From the NCBI RefSeq assembly GCF_009914755.1, contig NC_060935.1: a DNA stretch of 64,000 bases. One strand, given 5' to 3'. Under the pieces are notes generated by a model, which saw only the letters and a list, made by a program, of their open reading frames with translations, did not search any database and was not told the origin of the DNA. This document shows positions 19,021 through 30,059 of the stretch, in pieces; the first letter of the stretch is position 1; each line of letters opens with the position of its first letter. Made by a program: the position numbers and the translations under genes. The stretch is from the human T2T-CHM13v2.0 reference genome, Homo sapiens.

Positions 19021-19432
19021 CAAGCTGTTGAGGGGTCTCATGCCTGCAATCCCAACTACTCAAGAACCTGAGGCTGGAGGTTCTTGCTGGAGTAATTGCT
19101 GTTATTACAGCCATTACCAGGAAGTCAAACCCAGCCTGAGCAACAGATGAGATTCTCACCTCTAAAAGAAGAAGAAGAAGAAGGAGGAGGAGGGGTAGGA
19201 GGGGGAAGGAAGAAGGGAAGAAGAAATGTGAACGTCGCTATTGTCCCAGTTACTCGTGAACCTAAGGTGGAAGATCACTTGAGCCCAAGAGCCCAGGAGT
19301 TCAAGGCTGCTGGGAGGTATGATCACTCCAGGATGAGACACCATCCCTAATATTTTATATATCATATATGTATATATATATATTTATATTTATATACACA
19401 CACACGTGTATGTGTGTGTGTGTGTGTGTGTG
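19021..19432 (+). mobile_element. Highly diverged Alu (AluJ/FRAM-like) with GA-rich linker and (AT)n/(TG)n tail
   Basis: ctcatgcctgcaatcccaactactc..., gatcacttgagccca...ggagttcaaggctgc. Flanked by tcaactg on both sides (possible TSD). Confidence 0.65.
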
Positions 19433-21089
19433 TTCAACTGATATTTGTCAAAAGAATAAAGATAATACAGTGCAAGAAAGATAGACTTTCAACAAATGGT
19501 GCTGGAACAACCAGGCATCCATGTAAAAAAATGAATTTAGACACAGATCTTACACCCTTCACAAAATTAACTCATAATGGATCAGAGACCTAAATGTAAA
19601 ATGCAAAACTATTAAATTCATAAAAGATAACATACAAAAAACCTAAATGACATAGAGTTTGGCAATGACTTTATGAATGACACTAAATACACAATCTATG
19701 AAAGAATTAATAACCTAGATCTCATTAAAATTAAAAATTTCTGCACTGCAAAATATGATGTGAAAATCATGTAAAGACAAGCCACATGCTGGGAGAAAAT
19801 ACTTGTAAAAGGTATATCTCATAAAGGACTGTGACATACAATGAAGTCTTAAAATTTAACAATACGAAAACAATCTGATTTACAAATAAGCTAATGATTT
19901 TAACAGACACCGCACCAAAAATACAGACAGATTTCAAATAAGCATATAAAGAGAAGGTTCAAATCATATGTCATCAGGGAAATGCTAATTAAAACTGGAA
20001 AGATACCAGTACACACTAATTTGAATGGCCAAAATCTAGAACACTGACTACATCAAATGCTGGTGAGGATTTGGAGAAACGGGAACTTTCATTCAATGTT
20101 AGTGGGAATGCAAAATGATACAATCACTGTGGAAGACAGTTAGGCAATTTTTTACAAAACTAAACTTACTCTTACCACACAATTCAACAGTCAAACTCCT
20201 TGGTATTTATCCAAAGGAGCTGAAAACTTATGTTCACATAAACTGAACATGAATGTTTATAGTAGCTTTATATATAATTGCAAAACCTTGGAAACCACCA
20301 AGATGTCCTTTTGTAGGTTAATGAATAAACAAATGGTGATACATCCATATAATGAAATATTATTCAGCACTAAAAAGAAATAAGCTATCAAGCAATTAAA
20401 AGATATGGAGGGAACCTAAATGTATGTTACTAAGAGAAAGAAGCCAATCTGAAATAGCTATGTGCTGTATGATTTTAACTATATGACATTCTGGAAAAGG
20501 TAACTGTAAAAACACAGTAAAAAAAAAAAAAAAAGTCTGTGGTTTCCAGGGGTTAGAGGAAACATATGCATAGGCAAAATACAGAGGACTTTCAAGATAA
20601 TCAAAAAACTCTGAATAATAACATAGTGATGAAGAGAGGACTTTTAAGATAATCAAAAAATCTCTGAATAATGACAGAGTGATGAACAGATGTCATTATA
20701 CATTTGTCCAAACCCACACAGTATGCAACACCAAGAGTGAAAGCTAACATAAACTGTGACCTTGGGTGATAATGGTGTGTCAATGTAGGTTGATCAATTT
20801 TAAATAAATGTAACACTCTGGTGGGGGATGTTTGTAAAGGGGAATGTGACAGTCCTTTATGAGATATGCCTTTTATAACCACTTTGGCAACCACTGATGT
20901 CCACAGTCTTTTATGTGATATGCTTTTGACAAATATTTTCTCCCAGTATGTGGCTTGTCTTTCATTGCTTTCATTTATAAAGGCATGTGTCGGAGCAAGG
21001 GGCATACAGGAAATCTCTATACTTTCCTTTCATTTTTTCCTGGAACTGAATTCTGCTCTAAAAAAATAAAATCTTTTAAAAATGAAATA

Positions 21090-21800
21090 ACTTTACATGC
21101 CAATGAAAATGGCTAAAATTAAAAAGACAAAAAAAAACCTAAGTTGTTTTGGTAAGGATCTAGAACAACTAGAAGTCATGTATGTTGTTGATGCTCTCAT
21201 CAGTAAAAATTACTGCAATTACTCCAGCAAATTATTTGTCAGTATTACTAAAGTTGAGTGACCCAGCCATTCTATTACTAAATATACACACAACAGAAAG
21301 GCAGCAAAATACAAGTACCAGAATGCACGCAGTTTTCATAACAGTTCCCAACTAAAAATCTCCTCAAATAACCATCAAAAATAGAATAGATAAGTACATT
21401 GTGGTATTTCCAAACAAGAAATACTAAACAATAAGTATGAATAAATAATGATAGCATACAAGACTACAAAGGAATTTCACAAATATGATCTTGCATTAAA
21501 GAAAAAGAAAGTATATAGTGTTTGATTTCCTTAGATAAAATTTAAAAACAGATAAGACTAATTTTTTCCTTAGATAAAATTTAAAAACAGATAAGATAAA
21601 ATTTAAAAACAGTTAAGATAATGATTTGGTGGGGGGATGGGAAGTTACTAGAAAGTGGGATTGATATGGCTTTAAGGATGGAGTAATGTTCTATTTTATC
21701 TATGAGTATGTCATAAGGATGTGTTTAATTTGTGCAAGTTCATTGAACTATATGCTTTTCTTAGTTCATTTAGTTCGCTTCATATAAGTATACAAACACA
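21090..21800 (+). mobile_element. Ancient L1ME-type 3' fragment
   Basis: aatggctaaaattaaaaagac...gtaaggatctagaacaactagaa...gacccagccattctattac...gtgcaagttcattgaactatatg. Confidence 0.55.
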
Positions 21801-21861
21801 TATATTTTTTTTTTTACAAAAAGAAAGGTATGCAAGGAATAAATTATGCAGAGCCTTCCAG

Positions 21862-22027
21862 ACCAGTAATCCTCAAATTTTAATATGCATATGAATAACA
21901 TAAGTTTCCTGTTTAAATACAAATTCTAATTCAGTAGTTCTGGGGTAGGCCTGAGAGTCTTCCTTTCAAACAGGATACCACCTGATACTCATGATTCTGG
22001 CTTTTGAATTACACTTTGAGTAGCACA
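21862..22027. mobile_element. MER5-type hAT DNA transposon (MITE) remnant
   Basis: cagtaatcctcaaattttaatatgcatatgaat...attctaattcagtagttctggggtaggcctgaga...acactttgagtagc. Confidence 0.65.
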
Positions 22028-22244
22028 AATTGAGATCACAGTAAGAAGTTTGGTTTTTATTCTAACTATATATGAGGATTTAGAAAAAATAAACTATGAC
22101 CTAATTTGTGATCTAAAGTCGCTGTGGCTGTCATGAGGAAAACAGACTTTAGAGAACACAAAAATAGAACAATGGTACCATTAGGTAGGAAGAGTTGGTG
22201 GTGACTCTGCTTAGAATTGTCTTCAAAAAGATGGCTAAATTGGA

Positions 22245-23711
22245 CTTCCGGCGCACTGATCCCGGCTGGGGCCGGCTGAGTGGCACTTAAGCGGGCCATG
22301 CCATGCAACCCTGGGCGCTGCCAACCGTGGGCGAGCTCTGGGTGTGCGGGCGGCCTGGCGCGGCGCTCCGCTGTGTCAGCGTGTTATGATGCCGTCCCAT
22401 ACCAACCTGGCTACTGGAATCCCCAGTAGTAAAGTGAAATATTCAAGGCTCTCCAGCACAGACGATGGCTACATTGACCTTCAGTTTAAGAAAACCCCTC
22501 TAAGATCCCTTATAAGGCCATCTCACTTGCCACTGTGCTGTTTTTGATTGGCACCTTTCTCATTATTATAGGCTCCCTCATGCTGTCAGGCTACATCAGC
22601 AAAGGCGGGGCAGACCGGGCCGTTCCAGTCCTGATCATTGGCATTCTGGTATTCCTACCCGTATTTTACCACCTGCGCATCGCTTACTATGCATCCAAAG
22701 GCTACCGTGGTTACTCCTATGATGACATTCCAGACTTTGATGACTAGCACCCACCCCATAGCTGAGGAGAAGAGTCACAGTGGAACTGTCCCAGCTTTAA
22801 GATATCTAGCAGAAACTATAGCTGAGGACTAAGGAATTCTGCAGCTTGCAGATGTTTAAGAAAATAATAGCCAGATTTTTTGGGTCCTTCCCAAAGATGT
22901 TAAGTGAACCTACAGTTAGCTAATTAGGACATGCTCTGTTTTTCATCCCTTGGCCCTGACAAGTTTTTCCGCAGGAATATGTATCATGGTAGAATAGAGG
23001 TTATTCTGTAATGGAAAAGTGTTGCCTGCCACCACCCTCTGCAGAGCTGAGCATTTCTTTTAAATAGTCTTCATTGCCAATTTGTTCTTGTAGCAAATGG
23101 AAGAATGTAGTATGGCTAATTTCTTATTATTAAGTAATTTATTTTAAAAATATCAGAGTATATTATCCTGTACACTTATCTCTACCTTCATGTTCCAGTG
23201 GAAGACCTTAGTAAAATCAAAGATCAGTGAGTTCATCTGTAATATTTTTTTACTTGCTTTCTTACTGACAGCAACCAGGAATTTTTTTATCCTGCAGAGC
23301 AAGTTTTCAAAATGTAAATACTTTCTGTGTTTAACAGCCCTTGGCCCATTCTGATCCAGTTCACCAGTAGGTTGGACAGCATATAATTTGCATCATTTTG
23401 TCCCTTGTAAATCAAGACGTTCTGCAGATTATTCCTTTAACGGCCGGACTTTTGGCTATTTCCTAATGAAACATGTACATTAGTGGTTATTATTTAGAGT
23501 TTATAGCCCTATTGCTAGCACCTTGTAGTATGTCATCATTCTGCTCATGATTCCAAGGATCAGCCTGGATGCCTAGAGGACTAGATCGCCTTAGTTTGAT
23601 TCTATTTTTTAGCTTGCAAAAAGTGACTTATATTCCAAAGAAATTAAAATGTTGAAATCCAAATCCTAGAAATAAAATGAGTTAACTTCAAAAAAAAAAA
23701 AAAAAAAAAAA
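22245..23711 (+). pseudogene. Processed pseudogene of TMEM230 (intronless 5' UTR, CDS, 3' UTR and poly(A))
   Basis: [38 protein letters not shown] / LFLIG...[20 protein letters not shown] is recognisably TMEM230. The CDS 22386-22747 is 362 nt, i.e. one base lost near 22500. AATAAA at 23671; poly(A) 23690-23711. TSD aaaaagatggctaaattgga (22225-22244) versus ...agatggcttaattgga (to 23726). Confidence 0.95.
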
Positions 23712-26094
23712 GATGGCTTAATTGGAAGAAGGAAAAGGAAACCAATCTTCCATGCCCTCCAGCTTTGTTCCCATGGCTAATTTGTCATGGGCATACTATT
23801 TAGGTATAGGGATATGGAGAAGGAAAGAGACTTACCAGCTACCTCAGTGTGTGTCTTCTAGTCCATCTCATTACTGAATTTCTTTTTTCTGCAATTGATG
23901 TCCTTTAGTGAACATTTACAATGGAATCATAAATATCTTCACACTGTCCTTCACTAGAGTTTCATCTCTATACCTACCCCAGACTATTTTTCTAGTTTAT
24001 TCTGTTTCTGCTCAGTGAGACAACTCACTGGTTACTGCTATGAAACAGGGTGGAGACACCAGACCAAAATCTTTCCATGCTAAAAGAAGACAATCCTATG
24101 TGCTTCTTAATATTATGCATGTGCATGCCTTGGACATAGGTTTGTACCCCCAATATTATTGCCCCCCTAAAAGAATAGGGAATTCTTAGAAGATAGCTGA
24201 ATCTACATTTCCAAGTAAGAAAATAAATAACATATGCCTCCCACATTCTGTTGTGTCTAGAAAACATCAAAGCCTCTACAAATGATAAGGGCAGAGACTA
24301 AAGGAGTCAACTTATGGAATTTTTCCTGGTGAAGCTGTGACATTCTGAGTGCCAAAGAAATCATGATAATAACAAAATAATATGCATTTCTAATTGCAGT
24401 ATATTGAAACAATGAAAGACAAGGATTCAAGGATATTCAACAAAAACAAAAAAGTACCATAAAGAATATAAGAAAGTACTGATAAAACAAAAGAGGATAA
24501 ATATAACAGATTGTTTCATGTTGATTGGATTTTAAATATAAGATAGTGACATGATTAAATATATATGCAGGATATACAAATATATAGAAATCCAAATAAA
24601 TATATACCCATATTTTATTGACATGAGCAGTAAGTAATAAATGTAAAGAACTGTGTTTTCCAAATAGTCTCAGCAAAATTAGGAGTTCTACAAAGAATAG
24701 GAGGTAATTATCATCATTGATAAATACTAATAACAATAACAGTTATCACAAAACATAACAAAGTTAATTTTACACCTGTACATATGCTGAGAACATCACC
24801 TACATTAACTCCTCCACATATTTCCTTGTTACCAATTTTCCAGTATTCTTTTTTTCTCTAAGTACATGATCAAGACACCAATTTCTTCACAACTTCCCTT
24901 AATGTTCCATAAGCTATGGAAACAAAGTCCCCCCAAACTATTTAATCACAAAGAACAAAAGATCAATAGATCCAAATGAAAGAAAGTAAAGGCATGCTAT
25001 TTTCTCCAATATGTCAAGACCAAAAGCTTCTGGCTATTTTTGATAGAAACTAAAGAGAAATTCTAACAGACTTGTATATTAAGATCCTCCAGGAACTTGA
25101 GAGGAAAAAAATCTGAGTTTTATGTGGGTGCACTGTGTTGATACATTTGGCTTTATTAATTTTTACATTTTATTCTCCTTGGTTTACTGCCTTAGAGTCC
25201 AATCTCACACATATTTTCTAGACTCCTGCTAATATAATTTGGTAAGATTCCATAACTCTTTTAGTATATATTTTCCATAAGAGCAATTCTCAAATTCCTT
25301 TATTTGTGGTAGTAATATTTAGGCTTCACTACAAAAACAATTTGGAGGGATACAATTAAGTGCTAAAGAGAATTTATTCACTTATGAGGCAACTCTCTAA
25401 GTGCAGTCTTCGGGAGACTTTTGTCCAAGGGTAAGCTGGGTTCTTCCGAAGCCGAAGAGGAAGTTAGAGATTCTCTCTACATGCAAGGATTTGTTGTTGT
25501 TGTTGTTGTTAGCTCTCCCCTTGGCTGCTTAATGTCCTTATTCCATATAGTCCCAATTCCTCTCTCCATCCATATTTTTAGTGTATCATGCAACCTCTGG
25601 AAATGTTTAGCTTTTAATTGATATTGCCTCGTTCTGTTTAATTGCTTTATTTGCCACTTTCTCAAGCTATAAAACCATGAGGAAGTCCATGACTATAAAC
25701 ACTTGGGATCTAATCATCTTTATAAAAGATTCTGAAACTAGCTGATTTTAATGTTGGAATATGGGAATGAGGTGTTTGCTGCAAATTTTGGCCAATTGTA
25801 TGAGTCAGTTATTGCCAGTGACATAGAAATGTTGCTTTAGTCTTTAGTCCCACAATAACTCAACATCCATTTACATTCTGTTATGTTACAGGAACCACAA
25901 AGCCTCGTTTTCATACCTCACCATTATTCTATGGCAACTTCTGAAACTGCTGAGAGTGAAAAGATAGATTTAACTGCATCTACTATTTGTGGTGAAAGGG
26001 GCAATTTGTGTTAAATGAACGGGTGGAAAATAAAACCATACAATTAAAACAATAAGTGAACAAAACAAACTACAAAACATGCTCTTCTTGAACT

Positions 26095-26310
26095 GGCATC
26101 CTAGTGGATGGGGATAGATAGCAAATAAGATAAATAAGTCAACTACACAGTGAGCCAAAGAGTAAGTGCTCTGGAGAATAATAAGCAGGGAAGGAGGCTA
26201 GAGGGTGCTGAGGGTGTGAAAGGAGGCACAATTTTAACAGGGATGGTTGGGGAAGACCACAGGGAGAAGGCTACATATTCTTGAGCAACTGAAAGGGATG
26301 AAAAAAATTC
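26095..26310 (-). mobile_element. L2 fragment
   Basis: ggcatcctagtggatggggatagatagcaaataag...taagtgctctggagaataataagcagggaagg. Confidence 0.55.
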
Positions 26311-26316
26311 TAGGCA

Positions 26317-26550
26317 GGATGACTTGCTGGCCTGCAGATGGTCACCTCTTTACTGTGTCCTCACATGGCAGAGAAAGAAAGAGGTTTCTCTCTCTTCCTC
26401 TTCTTACAAGCCCATCAATCCTATAGGATTGGGATCCCATCTTATGACCTCATTTAACTCAATTTTCCCCTAAAAACCCTATCTCCAAATGAAGTCACAC
26501 TGGGGAGCCTTAAAATGTGAATTTTGGAGGGACACAATTTAGTCCATAAC
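26317..26550 (-). mobile_element. MLT1A-type MaLR LTR fragment
   Basis: ctgcagatggtcacctctttactgtgtcctcacatggcagag...atgacctcatttaac...gaattttggagggacacaatttagtccataaca. Confidence 0.8.
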
Positions 26551-27051
26551 AGCTATCTACCTCATCATTGTTATAAAGAGTGAAAATGATATGTCTAAAG
26601 TAGCTAGTACAGTGCCTTGCTTAGGACATATATTTCTTCTTTTTCCTCTTTCTCTATCTCCAATTCATTATGAGTAATTTTGTTATTAGGAAATAAGCCT
26701 AACCTGATTCCGTGAATAACTGTGTGGCCTAATCAGGTTTTCCAGAATGATCTAAGCCATGAAATTTTCAAGCACTTCTGATACAGAGGGTGAGCTCAGT
26801 GACAATATTAACGTTTTCAGGATCTATGGTCTAGGAGTCCATTATAGAACTATGGTGTTAGAGGTGAGTGTTCTGATCTGGAGAAGGGGTAGAGTGGAGT
26901 GTTTATACATCCATTATGGAGGCTGGCTGTGCATGCATTGATCTGTTTAGTGCTAGTTGCCCCCCAGTCCTACTGCACTATTTGCCATACCACCTGAAGT
27001 TTCAAGCTATTTAACACTGATGAAGTATAAGCCATTATCTCTGATTTGATA

Positions 27052-27609
27052 TGTACCTGAGATTTAATTAGGTATGGTAGGTGACAGACATGGAGACAAC
27101 TGCCTTTAAAAGAAATGTAGAAATGTTTATTACTAATAATTCCCTCCCATCCCACACACACAGGGCCATATGATGCGAGACCACGTGGGTAAACACCAGG
27201 TTTGGTCAGGAGGCAAAAGAGCCCAAAGCCCTTGTTGGGGCTTCTGTGTGGAGGAATGGGCAAGGCAGGGTAGGTAAGTTTGAGCAAGTTTTGAATTGAA
27301 TAATTTGAATACTTTCCACATGCTCTGGACTATAGGGGTGGTTTCTAGTTGTGAGGTACCTGGCCCTGGAGTGATTTAGGGCAGAAGAAATATTGGCTTT
27401 GTGTATGTGTGAGTAAGATAAAGGAGGTGAAGGGCACATGGGCTTTGGATTGACTGGTTTGCATATCAGAAGCATTCACTGGGACATGCTGATTTTTATA
27501 TCTAAGAATTAGCTGGCTCCAGGAGGAGCAGTCTTGAGGATTAGTAAGGCCCCCAAGATGTTAAAGTATCATAAAATACAGAAAATTTTAAAAATAACAT
27601 GATTAATAC
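27052..27609 (-). mobile_element. ERVL solo LTR (MER74-like)
   Basis: Minus strand begins gtattaatcatgttatttttaaaattttctgtattt...acatcttgggggccttactaatcc...atatgcaaaccagtcaatccaaagccc, resembling the MER74A consensus as I recall it. Confidence 0.7.
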
Positions 27610-28344
27610 CATCTCCAACAATATTCTGAGTATAGCCTAAAAAATTATTCATGATCTCATCTAACCTCATTCCTATTGTTTCCTTCAATACACTCGGTAC
27701 ACCAGGCAGCTCTGACAAATTTCCAACCATTCCTCCACCCTACACTCCACTGACTGCTTCTGCACCTTGAAAGTTGTGGTTTCTTTTGCCAGAATGCCTT
27801 CCTACCACATGGGGCAGATGTCTTTTTTCTATAAAAGGGATAAACTTGACATACAAAGTTATTGTGTATCATGTGCCTTCCTGAAGTCTACAGACACTTA
27901 TTTTCCTGCTCCACCAAATAACCCTCTCAAAGCAGTGAGATTAGTCTGATAGGAATTGTTTTTGGTGAGCCAATGAAAGTTACTAGAGTCAGAGATCTTC
28001 TTTTTTTTTAATAGAAAAAAAAATGGGGAAAGAGCTCACACATTTTTCAAGCATAGAGGCATGTTTTCTCCTCCTATGTAAAACCTCTCATAGCACACAA
28101 AATGCTGATCTTGCCACTCCCAGCAGGGTCTCCACTCTGGCCTGCTTCCCACCATCTGGTATGAAAATTTTCTCAAGACCTATTGCAGTAGCTGTTTTCA
28201 AAAAAATTTCATTTCTCCCGATAAACTACCTCCTCCTTGGGACTAGAACCCATGCTTTAGTCTTATCTCTTGTCCCCAGTGCCTTTCAGAGTATCTAGAA
28301 CACAGTAATTCTAGAAAGATATGCAGTTCTTGGGACAAGTGATG

Positions 28345-28555
28345 AGCATTAGAAAGACTGGTTTTGAATCATGGCTCTGCCACTTTTAATATTATGCCCT
28401 TGAACAATGTATGTACAATCATTTTTATGTCTCAGGTAACTCATCTGTAAAATAAGAACCATAATTACAAGATTATTTTGAAGTCTAAATGAGATGACAC
28501 TTAAATCACTTAGCAGGGTATCTGGCACATAATACATGCTCAATAAATATTACTA
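28345..28555 (+). mobile_element. MIR SINE fragment
   Basis: ggttttgaatcatggctctgccact...ctcatctgtaaaataag...aaatgagatgac...tggcacataatacatgctcaataaatatt. Confidence 0.75.
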
Positions 28556-29509
28556 TGGGGAAAGCTGACAAGTTGTTTTAGCCAGTGTGACACCTTGGTT
28601 AAAATTGCCACATTAACCAAAGTTGTCACATTAGCTAATATGATAATTTTCTTGTCACTTCAAAATTAAGTAATGAGTCGAGAACTGAGAATGCATATGT
28701 TTCTTGCAAAATATACCTCTCTGGACACTCAGGATAAGTAAAATCCATTTGTAAAGGCATGTAGTAATAAGTAAATTGATAATCAAAGATTATGCTTCTC
28801 TAAAGCGCCATTGGTGTAGGGGAAAAACCATGAATTCTATAATGAGATTGCCTTGGGTTCAAATCCTAATTTCACTTACTTCTGAATTTACTTTGGGCAA
28901 GTTAATGCTGGTCTAGATATATTTTCTTGTCTGGAATATGAACTGTAATACGTACTTCAAAGAATTATTTAACAAAGAAAATTCCCAGGGGGGCATTTTG
29001 CAAAGAATAGATTCCCAATATATAACAGTTATTATCATTATTTTTAAATCATTTCCTTCTTCTGCACTGAGCAACAAAATAAAGTAAGCCACTTTTTTTT
29101 TTATTAATTGCCTTTTCAGAGACCTTCAAAACTATCAACTCCTGAGGTGTTTAAGGAATCAAATACACTGGGAACCCTGAACAGGTATAAATCACCTGGA
29201 TCCACCATGTGATCCTCTGTTGTTTGTGACTGTGACAGTTGCAGATAAGTGTTCTGGTACTGAGTGGAAATAACACAATGCTTCTGTACTCATATTCAAG
29301 GTTGGCTGTAAATATAAGAGACATAGCAAACAATTGAGCCAGTGCTTGGAAACATTTATTGACCTCACATATATAAAGTACTTACTAGTGACAAAATGTG
29401 AATCTCTCAGCATTATCCTACTGGTTTGGGGTTAGGTGTTATAACCAAAAAGAGGGGGACCCATGGAGCCCAACAGCAACTGCTAACCTAACATCAAGTA
29501 TGAAAGAAG

Positions 29510-29735
29510 GTGGCTTACTGTTAAGTATTACATCCTCTGAGAAAGACAACACCACTTACCAATTGTGTAATAACTAGCTACTTATTAAACCTCAATTTGG
29601 TCTTGTGTAAAATTATTGCTGTTAATCTTGAAACATAGCTATGATGGGTGTTGCGAGGAATAAATAAATATAACATGTGAAACACTAAGCACAGTACTAG
29701 ATTTAGAGTGAAGTGTTCTTAAATGATAGTTATTG
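29510..29735 (+). mobile_element. MIR fragment abutting the duplication boundary
   Basis: gttgcgaggaataaataaatataacatgtgaaacactaagcacagtac...aagtgttcttaaatgatagttatt. Confidence 0.55.
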
Positions 29736-30059
29736 CTTTTATAAATGATCCAATCCCTGAATCATCATTAGAGAGAATATTAGAATCAGAAGATGTTGAG
29801 TCCAGCAGTTTTCAAATTTTTTCTTCAAGAAACCCCTTGGAGTTCCCTTGGATCCATGTTTTCAAAGATGTTGCCTCATCCAAAAAATTGCTCTAATTTT
29901 GTATGAAGTAATCAATTTAAGACAAACAGCCCATATGGCCACAGAATGAAACTACAAATCAAAATGATTTAACATTAAAATGATACATGTTTTCCAACAA
30001 ATGCAGATGGAAAAAGAGCATTTTCTAATGAAGGGAAAATAACAGAAGTTAAACTAATG

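Larger units (their letters stand above)
17315..21075 (+). mobile_element. Old L1MC-type element (ORF2 3' half and 3' UTR), interrupted by an L1PB and an Alu
   Basis: Colinear ORF2 text resumes after each insertion. L1MC-type 3' UTR (gatgtcattatacatttgtccaaaccca...ctgctctaaaaaaataaaatc). Confidence 0.8.
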
